Assembly (NCBI GenBank): GCA_014905635.1
Contig: JABVCE010000020.1
Span: 372,001-436,000 of the forward strand
Length of the DNA stretch: 64,000 nt
Direction: 5' to 3'
DNA from: Scenedesmus sp. PABB004
Lineage: Eukaryota
Every line of letters starts with the position of its first letter. The first letter of the stretch is position 1. Below the pieces are notes generated by a model that was not told the origin of the DNA, searched no databases, and was given only the letters and a program-made list of their open reading frames with translations. The position numbers and the translations under genes were made by a program. Shown here in pieces: positions 34,356-46,111 of this stretch.

Positions 34356-34360
34356 TGTAA
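34356..34360 (+). terminator. TGTAA green-algal polyadenylation signal of the LRR gene
   Basis: TGTAA about 170 nt after the stop at 34185. UGUAA is the known chlorophyte signal. Confidence 0.6.
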
Positions 34361-34710
34361 GGTGGGGCTGCGCTGGAACAGAGAGCGCGTGCAGTTTGGC
34401 GCGTGCGTGGCTGCTGGACTAACATGCGCGGCGGCACTGCGCTGAGCTGCGTGCACATGAGCGGCGGCACCAACAACGTGGGTGATTGCACTGCACTGGC
34501 AGCGGGGCTGGGGGCGGGTCGGCGGTTAACATTATAGGGGAAGGCGGTCGCGAGCAACAAAAGCCGTGCAAGCAAAAGCCGTGGTAAATGCGCGTCACCC
34601 GGCGGCGCGGGCTGCTCGCATGCATGCTGGCAGCAGCAGCACGCGCGACGTCGGCTGCCCTCCCACGGCGGCGCCGCCGCCTCCTGCTGCGTCTGGCGCC
34701 CCCCTGCCGC

Positions 34711-37700
34711 TCATGCGGCGATGTCCTTGCCGCCGCCGCTCCGCCGCCGCGCAGAGCCTGGCGGCCCGCGCAGCCACGCGCGCGCGCGCGCCGCTGCGGC
34801 GCGCAGCCGGTCGCCGAGCAGCAGCCACGCCTGGTGCGCGATGTGCCCCAGGAAGTAGGCCGCCGCGCCGGCGTTGATCAGGCCCAGCAGCGCGAGCAGC
34901 ACAGCGCGGTTGGCCCGCACCGCGACGGTGCAGGAGAGCAGGGCGTAGCTGAGGGCGATGCTGGTCAGGCCGACGCGCTCGAGGCGGTTCAGCAGCGACC
35001 GCTTGTACGGCCGTGCCGTGTGCAGGAGCAGGCCGAGCACGGCGAGCATCACGCAGACCTGCAGCTGCAGCAGCGCGACAGTCTCCTCTGCGGCCGACGG
35101 CCGTGGCGGCGGCGGCGCGGACGCGACGAGGTGGGCGCGAGCCGCCGCCGAGCTCGCAGGCGGCGGCGGGCGGCCGTGCGGCTGCCTAGCGCCGAGCCAC
35201 CCCACCCGGCAGCGAGGTCAGGGCCATCGGCAGGAGGATGGTCACAGCCAGGAACGTAAGCTTGCGCGCCATGACCACCACCTGCGTGCGCAGCGCAGCA
35301 GCGCCGGCGGGCGTGTCGCACGCGGTGCCGGTGCTTGCGCCGTGGCGCGCGCGACGCGGGGCGGCGGCTGCCGCGTCGCCGGCGTCGCGGCGCACCTCCC
35401 AGAAGCACATGGAGCGCCTGTACTCACTGTACAAGAAGCAGTACTGTTTGATGGATGGAGGCAGTTTGAATCAGGCGTTTGAGCGCAGGGCAGACGCGCA
35501 CCGGCGCGCCGGCGGGTGGACGGGGTGGGCGGCTCGGCGCGTGCGCGCGGCGGCGGCGCGTGCGCGCTCGCGCCCCCGCATGCCCTCACACCCCCGCACC
35601 TTGCGCGCAAAGTCCCAGTCGTCGAGGCGGGCGCGGTTCGCCCACAGCGCGAGCCCCGCGCCGAGCGGTGCGGCGACGCCAAAAACCGCGAGCCCGACGA
35701 CGCCGCCGACGGCGACGCCGCGGTGCGCGCCGGCAAAGCAAAGAACGTTGAAGTCCTGCCGTGTTCCCCCGGCGGCGGCGACAGGGCGTGGGCGGGGCGT
35801 GGGCGCGCGGGCACGCGGCGGGCAGCGCGCGCGGCGACGGCGGGCCGGCGGGCGCGCGGCGGCAGCGGCAGCCCCGGCCGCCGCACCATGCGCCAGAACA
35901 GCCCCGCGACCCAGCACCGCCCCGGCGCGAGCCGCCCGTCGGCGCCGGGGCGGCAGAGCTGCACCTCCGCCGGCGCCTCGCCGCCGGCGCCGGCGCCGCC
36001 GTGCGGCAGCGCCGCCGCCGCGCGGCGCGCCAGCCACGCGTAGTGCTGCGCGGCGTATGCGTCGCCGACGTCGCCCGCGGCGTCGGGGGGCGGGGGGATG
36101 AAGTCGCATGCGAGCGTGTGCAGCAGGGAGGAGATGATCAGAGGGTACACTGTGGGGCGGGGCAGGGTGTGGTTTAGGGGGGTTTGACGGTCCAGGTTTA
36201 GGGTTTTAGGGCATCTAAAACCTTGGCGGGCGGGGCCCGGGCGCCCAGCCTCCTCGCCGATGGAGACGCGGGGGGGGGGGGGGGGAGCAGTGCGGAGCAG
36301 CGCGGCGCCTGCGCAGCTGGCGGCGCTCACGTGAGTAGGCCAGCACCAGGTATGAGACGACGAGGCGGGGCCGCATGTAGGCGCACAGGCGCGGCGGCTT
36401 GGCCGCGATGCGGTGCTGGCGGCGCGGCCGCGTGGCGCGGGCGGCGGCGCGGGGGGGGGGGGGGGGGAGCAGTGTCAGGGGGCGGGCCAGGGGCGCGCCG
36501 GCGCGGCGGGGGCGCGGTGTCAGGCGCGCACCTGCAGCCGGCGCAGGCCCGCCCACGGCGCGTGGCCCCAGCGCTGGTGCGCGGCGGCGGCGGCGTGGTG
36601 CATCGCCCAGGCTGCGCGGCGGCGGCGCGGCGGCGGTGGGGTGAGCGTGGTGGTGGCTGAGCGCGCGCGCGCCCTGTGCTGCGCCAGCCGCCGCCCGCCT
36701 GCGCCGCGGCGGGGGCGGTCCCCGCCCCTTCCAACCCACCGATGAGCCACCAGGCCGCCATGGCCAGCCCAAGCGTGACCGGCACGACCACGGCGCCGAT
36801 CAGGGTGCGCACCACCGCGCGGTGCTGCGGCGCGCCGGGGAGCACGCAGTCCTGCTCGCGGCGGCGGCGGGGCAGCGGCGGCGTCGGCGTCGGCGTCGTC
36901 GGCGGTGCCGCGCGCCCTGCCTCTAGCCCCTCCAACCAAACCCTCCGCCCCCCCCCCCCCCCTCCTCCGTTGCCAGACCTCCCATAACCCTCAACCCCGC
37001 GACCTGCCAGGGCGCGCAAAGCCTTCGCAAAGCCCTCGCAAAGCCCCGGGCGAAAAAGCCCGCACAGCCCCGCAAAACCCTGCGCACGGCCGGGCTGAGC
37101 CCCCGCAGGCTAAACCTCAAACCCTAAACCCCGCACCAGGGCAATGAAGCTGGTGAAGGCCGAGAGGTCGGTGAACCCCAGCGAGCGGTAGCTGCTGCCC
37201 GGCATCGACGACACGTGCACAAAGCGCGCCATCGCGAGCACCTGCGCGCGGCGCGGGCGCGAGCGGGCGCGGCGGGCGCGGCGCGCGGTGCGGCGCGCGG
37301 TGCGGCGCGTGGTGAGGTGCGCGGGGGCGGTGGGCGCAGGGGCGGCGGCGCGCCGCTGGCGCGGCACGCGCCGAGCCAGGCCGAGCTAAGAGCCCTTTCC
37401 AAAGGCTCACTTGGAGGTAGCTTGTGAGGATCTTCCACATACCAACGATGTGAGCCATCGGCCCGCCCATGCTCCCGCCGGCGGACGCCGCGGGGCCGCC
37501 GCCGCTGCCGCCGCCGGCCGCCGCGGGCCCGCCGCCGCCCACGCTCGGGTGCGTGACCAGCGCGGGCGCGGCCGCGCCGTTGGCGCCGTCGGCGCCGCCG
37601 CGCCAGCTGATCGAGCGGCGCTGGCGCAGCGCAAACGGCCCGGCGTCGCTGTCGCTGTCGGGCGCCGCCGGGGGCGCGTGCTGCTGCTCCAGCGCCTGCA

Positions 37701-38428
37701 GCGCGAGCCAGCTGCCGCTGCTGCGCAGCGCCGGCGCGCCGTGGCCGTGGCCCGCCGGCGGCGGCTCGTCGCTGCCGGGCGCGGGGCCGCCGCCGGCCGC
37801 ACTGCCGAGCCCCAGGCTGGCGGGCAGGCTGTCGCTGGAGCATGTGGACAGGTTGCTGGTGCTGTAGTGGCTGCCCGCCGCCGCGCCGCCGCTGCGCGGC
37901 GGGAAGGCTGCCGCCTGGCGCTCGATGGAGCGGCGCGTGCCGTTGGCCTGCTGGCTGTGGGTGCGGCTGTCCCACACGCGCGCCGCGGCGGGCGCCGCTG
38001 CGGGCGCCGCGCCGGCGGCCGGGGCAGGGACGGGCCCTGCCGCCGCCGCGGCGGTCGCGGCGGCCGCCGCGGCGCTGCCGCCGCTGTCCACGTCATCCGC
38101 CGCGGCGAGCGCCTGCAGGCGTGGGTCGGTGGCAAACGGGCTCGCCGCCGCGTGCACGAGCGACTCGGAGAGGATCGGTCCCAGCGGCTTGCCCAGCAGG
38201 CTGGACGGCCGCACCGCCCACTCGTCCTGGTCGCACTGGCCGTCCAGAAAGGGCCCTGCGTCGGCGGCGCCGCCCGCGGCGCCGCCCGGGCCGGGCTCCA
38301 CGGCCGCGGCGGCGGGCGTCGCCGGCTCGGGCGGCGCCGGCCCGGACGCGGGCCCGGCCGGCGCGCCGGGCGGGGCATCCGGCGCGGGCGCCGGCGCCGG
38401 CAGCGAGCCGCTCGACGGCGGCGTCGTG

Positions 38429-38460
<32 letters not shown>

Positions 38461-41400
38461 GACCGAGCCGCCGCTCGCGCCGAACGACAGCCCCCGCGGC
38501 AGCCCGCGCGGCGCGGCGAGCGAGCGGCTGCTCGGCAGGCGCAGGCTGCTCGCCGCGCGCGCGAGCGCGGCCGCGCGGCGCGGCGGCGGTTTGAACCCCG
38601 GCGCGTGGAGCTGGGTGATGACACCAAACATGATGTAGAGGAGAAGGGCAGCAAACAGGGCGATGACGGCCACCCAGATGCGCGCCGCGCCGGTGCAGGG
38701 CACGCATGCGCCCATGTAGCTCCCGTAGCGCTGCGCCGCCGCGCCCGGCGGCGCCGCGGGCGGCACGTACGCGTCGGCGCAGGCGCCGCAGACCATGCCC
38801 GAGTACCTGGCGGCGGCGGCGGTGCGGGGTGTTGAGGTTTTGAGCGGGGCCCGGGGAGTGGGGCAGGGCTCGGGGGAGGAGCGCGCCGCGCGGCGGCCCC
38901 AGCGCTGCGGCGGCTCACCCCGGGTTGCACTGCAGGGCCTGCCACGAGTCGAGCAGCTGCGTGTAGTTGACGTCAGCGAGGAGCGGCGTCGACGGCGAGG
39001 GGTCGTACGTCCACAGCCGCGCCACCTGCGCACGCGCGCGCGCGTGCGAGTGAGCAGAGCGGAGCCGCGCGGCGCGGGCGGGAGGGGCCGGGCCGCACGG
39101 CCGAGGCAGCGGGGCGAAAGGCGGTCCGCCGGCCAGCCCCGGCGCGCGCGCGCGCGCACCTCTTTTTCATACGCCAGCAGCGCCGCCGCGCGGCTGAGCG
39201 CGGACGAGCCGACCGCGCCCGCCTGCGCGTCGCCGGCGCCCGCGCCGCCGGGCGCCGCTTGCAGCAGCGCGCGGCGGTGCCGCCGCCGCGCGCCGCCGCC
39301 GATGCTCGCGCCGGCGCCGGCGCTCGCGCTCGCGCCGCCGGTGCTCGCGGCGGGGCTCCCGCTGTCGTCGTCGTCGGAGCCGGCGCCGCCGGTGTCGCCC
39401 GGGTCTTCGTGCAGGCGCGGGCTGCCCGGCAGCAGGCTTCCGCGGATCAGCTCCGCAACCTGCGCCTGGCTGACGGACGGGCGCTCCGCGCACGCGCCGC
39501 GCAGCGGGCAGGGCACCACCTGGCGGCGCGGGCGGGCGCCGGGCGGGCGCGGCGCGCTGAGGCCCACGGCGCGCGCGCGCCGCCCAGCGCCCGGCGGCCG
39601 CGCACGCGTGCCGCCCCCTGGCTCTGCGGGCGTGCGCGATGCTAGCATGAGGAGGGGCACGTACCGCGGCCGCCGCACCTGGGGCAGGAAGGGGTTGTGT
39701 GAATAAAACCCTTCGTCCGGCGTGAGCAGCCCCTCGGTGCACGCGCCGCCCGGCGGGCAGGGCTGGCACTGCTGGTCCGGGTTGAGGCTGAACGTGCCGA
39801 GCCGGCTGCAGCGCGTGCAGCGGTTGACCTGCCCCGCGCGGCGGCGGCGCGCGGCCGGCGCTCAGCGGCGGCCCCCCGCCAACCGCACACCGCGGCGGCG
39901 CTGCAGGCTGGCGCGCACGCGGCGCGTGCTGCTGCCGCGCACCCGCATGTGCTGGCCCATCGTGCATCGCAGCAGCATGACCTTCACCCCGATTGATGTC
40001 ACATCGCGCAGCAGGTCGTCCCCGAGGCGCGAGGCGAAGCTGAAGACATACTCCCTGCGTGTGAGCGGTCAAAGGTGGGGCGGCAGGGCGAGGGCGTGGG
40101 GGCGGGTCGGGGCGGGGCGGTGCAGGCAGGCAGCAGGCGCACAGGGCTCGCTGCGCGTGCGCGCCCCAGCCGCGGCGGCGCCCGCACGGCGCCCGCCGGC
40201 CGCCCCGTCCCGCCTCCCCCTGCTGCTGATGGGCGCGCCTGTTGGCGATGGGCGCGTCGATCGGCTGCAGCGCCATGCCTGCGGCGCGGGCGTGGGCATG
40301 CGGTCAGAGTCGAGGCCGCACGGGGGTCCCAGGCGGCGGCCTGTGCCCCTGCGCCAGCCCTGCCCCTGCTCGCAACCGCCCGGCCAGCCCCCGCGGAGCC
40401 CCCGCCCGGCCGCCCCGCCCCCACCGGGGAAGAGCGCCGAGCCGTCGCCGCCCATCGAGATGTTGAGGGCGCCAATCACGAACAGGCCGTCGTTGCTTTG
40501 ATGGAGCTGGATGTTGCCGAGCGGGCTGCGGAACGACGCATCCTACGGGACGCCGGGCGCGCACGCAACGCCGGGCGGCGGGCGGGCGTGGCGCGGTGTT
40601 GGTCGGCGGCCGGCGAGAGAGGCTGCCGCATGCGCGTGCCGCCGCCCGGCCTGCGGGATGATGAGGCGCCGCGGCCAGCCTGGGCGCACGAGGTTTGCGA
40701 AAGGCGGCACACCTCGTCAAACTGCTTGCCCAGGTTGACCGTAAAGCTCATGTCATCCCCGGCAAAGATCTGGGGCGCGCGCACGCCGCGCGGCCCGCCC
40801 GGCAGCGCGACCGCGCAGCTGCGCGGGTCGGGCGCCGCCGGGCCGCCGCCGCCGGCGCGGGGCGTCGCGGCCGCGGCCGCGGCCTGCGCCGCTGCGAAGC
40901 AGGAGGAATTGTAAACGGCGAGCTGAGTTGGCAGCTGGAAGGTCAGCCCCGGCGCGGTGACCGCGCCCGCCGCGCCCGGCGCGACGCGGCCGGCGCGCAC
41001 CGCGCGCGCGCCGCGCGGCAGGCACGCCGCGCCGGCGCTCGCGTTGTGCGCGGGGACGCAGTCGGCGAGCGCGGCGCCGTCGCCGCGCTCGCGCAGGCAC
41101 GCGGCGCTGCTGGCGTTGGCACACCACATGATCAGCCCGCTGCCGTCGCCCGCAAAGGCCAGCAGGTCCCCGCCGGCGCTCGCGGTCGAGCCGCTCCAGT
41201 CGGCGTTGACCAGGTGCACGCCGCACGCGTCGGGCCAGCCGCCCGCGAGCGCGGCCGCGCAGCGCGCCAGCCCGGGGCCGTCGCCCGGCGGCGGCAGCAC
41301 GCACGGCGGCGGCGCGCGCGAGGCGTTCACGTAGACCGCCCCGCCGACCGCCGACGCGGTGTTGTCCACCAGCTCCAGCGTGGCGCCGTCCGCGGCGCCG

Positions 41401-44400
41401 CCCGCGCCGCCGCACAGCAGCAGCCAGGCGTCGCCGGCGAGGTTGGCCGCGAGCCCGCCGCCCGCGCCGCGCACCGTGTCGGCCATCAGCGCCGGCGGCG
41501 CCTCCGCGCCGGGGCAGGCGCCGGGGCTGCCCGCGCCGCTGGCGCCGGACGCGCCGCCCGCGCCGCCTGCGCCGCCCCCGCCGCCTGCACCGCCCGCGCC
41601 GCTCGCGCCAGACTCGGGCGCCGCCGCGGGCGCCGCGTCCTCGCGCAGCGCGGTGTTATTCGCGATGGCGCTATCCACCACCACGGCGCGGCAGCTGTCA
41701 CACGTGAGGCCGCCGCCAAACGCCGCGGTGTTGCCGACCAGCGACGCGTTGACCAGCAGCGAGTCGCCCGCACCGAGCGGGTCCGCCTGCAGGCCGCGCA
41801 GGAACACGGCGCCACCCTGCGCCGTGCGCGGAGAAAGGGGGAGGCGCGGTGAGTCGCGGGGGCGCGCGCGACGGCCGCCGCGGCCCCACGCCTGCGTGCC
41901 GCCCTGCCACCGCGCCCAGCCCCGCGCGCAGGCACTCACCGCGCCGCTCGCGACGTTGCCCTCAAACGTGCAGTCCCGCACCGTCAGGGGCCACGCGCTC
42001 CACAGCCCGCCGCCCTCGGCCGCGGCGTTGCCGACGAACCGGCTGCGCAGCACGGTGATGTTCAGCGCCTGCAGGAAGCCGTGCTGCTCGCCGCCGGCGC
42101 CGGCGGGCGCGTCGCTGGTGGGGCCGACGATCGCGAGCCCGCCGCCCTGCAGCGGCCATGGCGGCCCCAGCGCAGACGGCGCCGTAGCCGGGCGGTTGCG
42201 CGCAAACTCGCAGTCGGCGACCAGCACCGGCAGCGCCGCGCCGACGGCGCTCGAGAAGCCGCCGAGCGCGAGGCCGCCGACGTCCGGCGCGGCGGGGGAC
42301 AGCGCGTTGTCCGCGACGACGAGCCGCCGCAGCTCCACACCCTGCCCCGCAAACTGCGGCTCCGTGCCGGAGAGGCGCACGCCGCTCGCGGCGTTGCCGT
42401 GCACGGCCACGTCGGCCAGCGGCGCGGACAGGGCGTAGCCGGCGACGTCGAGGGCGAGGCTGGCCGTGTTGTTGGAGATGGTCAGCCCGCGCAGCTCGCC
42501 CTCGAGGTGCGACAGCGCGAGCAGCGGGAGCAGGCCGCAGCCGGCGCCGCCGCCCGCGGTGTTGCCGGTGACGTTGACCTGCGCGGGCGCCACGCGGCGG
42601 CGCGTGTCAGCGACATCGGTGCCGGCCGCCGACGCGAGACGCCCGACCCCGCTGGCGGCCAGGCGCCCGCGCCGCGCCTGCTGGAACACGCCCAGCAGCG
42701 ACTCCGCCTCCAGCACGCTGCCGTTGGCCGCAGCATTGCCCTGCAGCACCGCGCCGCGCATCACCAGGTCGGCGTACCTGCGGGGCGCGGCCGCAGCAGC
42801 GGCGCGGCTCGCGCGCGGCCGCTCGCGCCGGCCGCCAGGCCGCCGGGCCGCGAGCGGCCGCGCCCTGCCGCCGCCGGCGCCGGTGCCGCCGCCGCCGCCG
42901 CCCACCAGAGCTGCGCGACGCTGCGCGCCGCGGCGTTGCGGACGAGGGCGACGCGGTCGAGCGTGGCCATGGTGTTGTCCGCGCGGAGCACGTGGTCGAA
43001 GCCGGCGCTGCCCGCGAGCGTGGAGTCGGCGAGCACGCCCTGGGAGAAGCTCAACCAGAGCAGCGCCGGCGCGCGCGGCCGCGCCGCGCTCGGCAGCGCG
43101 CGCGCCACGCGCGCGTCGGCGAGCGCCGAGCCAAGCGCGGCGGCGCAGCGCGGCCCGCCGGCGGCGAGCTCGGCGCGGAGGGCCGCGCCCGGGTCGATCA
43201 GCAGCGACAGTGCGGCCGAGTAGGCGTCCCGCGCCACGCCCGCGTCCGCCCACGCGCGCCACGCCGCGCCCGTCGGCGGCGTGAGCGCGTTGCCGCGCAG
43301 CTCGCAGCCCTGCACCCACCACGCCGTCGCGGCGGTGCGCAGCGGCAGCGCGTCGGCGGCGGCGACCGCGGCCGCGCTCGCGCCGCCGTCGCCGCCCGGC
43401 GGCGTGCCGGCCTGCAGCAGCTCCGCGCGCGCCGTCACGTAGCTGCGCCAGCTGTCGCGCGAGCCCAGCGCGAGCAGGCCGCCGTGGAAGAGCGTATTAT
43501 TCGCGACGCTGCAGTCGCTCAGCAGCAGCCCCGCGTCCATCGCCGCGCCGTCCTTCGCGGCCTGCGGCGGCGGCGCCCCGCCGGCCGGGTGCGCGCGCCT
43601 CGGCGTGCGCCCCGCGCGGCGGCGCGCGCGCGACGCCCTAAAACTAGCCCCTCCCCTCCCCAGTGCGCCCCCGGCGTGCGCGCGCCCACGCACCAGCGCG
43701 GCGCGGCGCTGCGCCGTGGCGTAGGCGTGCGCGCCAGCGGAGGCGCCCTCATATGCAGTATAGTATGAGACGTCCAGGAAGCGGGTCGCATCAAAGAACG
43801 CGGCCCGGTCGAGCACCCACGTGCGCGCCTCAAAGCGCAGCAGCGCCGTCGCGGTGTTGCGCAGCAGCGCCACGCGCCGCAGGCTCGTGAGCGCGAGGCC
43901 GCCCGAGACGCGCAGCAGCGCGCCGCGCGCGTGTGCGTTGCCGGCGACGCGGCACCTGGGGCGGCGCGCGCGGCGCGCGCTCGCCTCGACGCCGCGGGAC
44001 GGGGCCTCGAGCGCCCGCGCCGCCGCCGTCGCCGGTGCCGCAGGCTCACGCACCTGAGCATGTCAAACGCGGACGGGCCCTCCACCCGCAGCAGCGCCTC
44101 GTCGAGCGCAGCCACATCGCACGGCCCCGGCGGCTGCGCCGGCGCGCCGGCCGCGGCGGCGGGGCCGCCGACGTTGCCCTCGATGCTGCTGTCCGCCAGG
44201 CTCGCGTTGACGAGGCGCAGCCAGAGTAGGCCGTGCGCGACGGCGTTGCCGACGATCGCCGCGCCGCGCAGCTCCAGCTGCAGCGGCGTCTGCGCGGTGC
44301 GGCGCGGGCGGCGGGGTCGGCGGCGGGGTCGGCCGCGCTGCGCCGCGCCGTGCCGCGCCGCGCCGCGCGTGGTGGCCGCCGTGCGCGCCGCACCTGGCCG

Positions 44401-45541
44401 CCGGGCGCGACTCCGACGAAGCGCGCCGGCGGCGGCGGGCCGTCGCCGTCGGCGCCGGCGGCGCCGGCGCGCGCGCCGCCGAGCAGCGAGCGCGTCGTGA
44501 ACGGCGCGCGCAGGCCCGCGCCCGGCGTGGCCGCGCTCGGCTGCGGGGCCATGAGGTTGGCGCGGCCCACCGCGTCGTCGCGCCACGAGTCCGCCACGAC
44601 CAGCCAGCGCGCGGCGTTGCGGCGCAGCGCCGTGCCCGCCAGCAGCCGCACCGCGGCGCCCGCGCCGCCCGACGCCGCGATCAGCGCGCCCGCCTCGCAC
44701 CCCTCGATGGTGGTATTGGAAAGGGTGAGGCGGCTCGCGCCGGCGAGCGAGAGCAGCGCGCCGCCCACGGCCGGCGCGCCGCAGGCCGGCTGCGGCGCCG
44801 CGGACGACGCCTCGCCCCGCCCGGCGGCGCCGCCGGCGGCGAGCGCGGCGCCGCCCGTCGGCGACGCGTCGGCGCAGGGCGGCTGGTACGCCGGTGCTGC
44901 ACCGCCGCCGCCGCCGCCGCCGCCGCCACCGCCAGCAGCGCGGCAGTCGGTGATGGCCACGCGCTCGAGCGTCACCTCGGCGTCCCGCGTCGCGACCGCG
45001 AGGCCTGCCGCGCCGCCCTGCCCGTCGCCGGCGAGGCCGCGGAACGCGACGTCGCGCGCGTCCAGCGACGCGCCCGGGCCCAGCAGCAGCACCGCGGGGC
45101 CGGAGCAGTCAACAAAGGTCACGCGCCGCAGCGACAGCGCCGCGCCGCTGCGGGGGCGGGCGGTTGCGGCGGTTGGCGCCGGCCGCGCGGCGCGGCGCGG
45201 GCGGGCGCTGTGCGGGGCCGCGGGCGGGCCGCCGTGCGCGGCCGTCGCAGCGGCGCGACGCACGGCGCTGCAGCCGGCCGCCGCGGCGTGGGCGCTGCTG
45301 CGGCCTCGCCAGCCGCGGCCTCTCACCGCACGATGAACGCGCTGCTGCCGCCGCCGCAGCTGATCGTCGTGCCGGCGCCCGCGTCGCCCGCCAGGTCCAT
45401 CGCCGACGTCACCTCGATGGGCTGCGCCAGCACGTTGGTGCCCGGCCGCAGCTGCTGGCCCGCGGCGGCGGCACACCCGGCGAGCAGCAGCAGCAGCGCC
45501 GCCAGCCGCGGTCGCCATGGGGGCCGCCCGGCCCGATGCAT
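34711..45541 (-). CDS. Large surface protein: signal peptide, Pmp-like GG[A/G]x/FxxN beta-helix repeats, Cys-rich linker, multi-pass (about 7-8 TM) C-terminal domain
   Basis: Signal peptide LAALLLLLAGCAAAAG. Repeats FVGNAAAEGGGL, FEGNVASG, GNTAAFGGGL, DNTASAVGGAVYV. Cys-rich CQPCPPGGAC, YSGMVCGAC. TM region IWVAVIALFAALLLYIMFGVI, KILTSYLQ, FWEVVVMARKL, RPYKRSLLNRLE. Confidence 0.8.
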
Positions 45542-45726
45542 GACGCGCTACTGCTGTTTTTGAGCGTCACGGCGTCCCGGCGCCCGCGCAGGAGCCGGCT
45601 GCATGGCGCCGCTGCCGCCGCTGCCGCTGCTGCCGGCCTCGCTACACGGCTGGACGGCTAGCGGTGCGCACGATCCCACACGCGCAGTTCCCCCGATCCA
45701 TGTGTCGCGGGGCGCAACGGGCGGCT

Positions 45727-45731
45727 TTACA
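45727..45731 (-). terminator. TGTAA polyadenylation signal for the FAM161-like gene
   Basis: TTACA on the + strand, about 380 nt past the stop at 46112. Confidence 0.45.
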
Positions 45732-46111
45732 GGCTTGAGCGCGACGCACTTGGAACGACGGCGGCACCGTCACACAGCGGCCTGCGCCAGCGGCAAGGAG
45801 GCCGAAAGCCGGGCGGAGCCCCCGAAGCGCGGCCTGGCGGCAGCCCCCGGGCCTGGCAGCGCGGCCGGAGGTCTGGATCGACCCGCACTTAATCAGAGCC
45901 GTGGCTGCAGCTTGTGCGCGCGGCGTCACCGTGTCGCCGCCGCTGCTCGCGACCCCTTGCCGCTCGCTGCGCGCGCCGGCGCAGCCACCAGTCCGAGTGG
46001 GTCCCAGCGTCTTATGATGCAGGCATGACCCCGGGGTCCCGCCCAGGTGGCAGCTTCAAGAGCCCCGCAGCCGCCGGCGCCGCACGAGGCCGCCGCGCAC
46101 GAGGCCGTCGC

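Noticed and set aside
27316..34590. Autonomous transposon or endogenous virus in the accessory block
   Set aside because: No transposase, reverse transcriptase, integrase, Rep/helicase or capsid motifs and no terminal inverted repeats were recognised.
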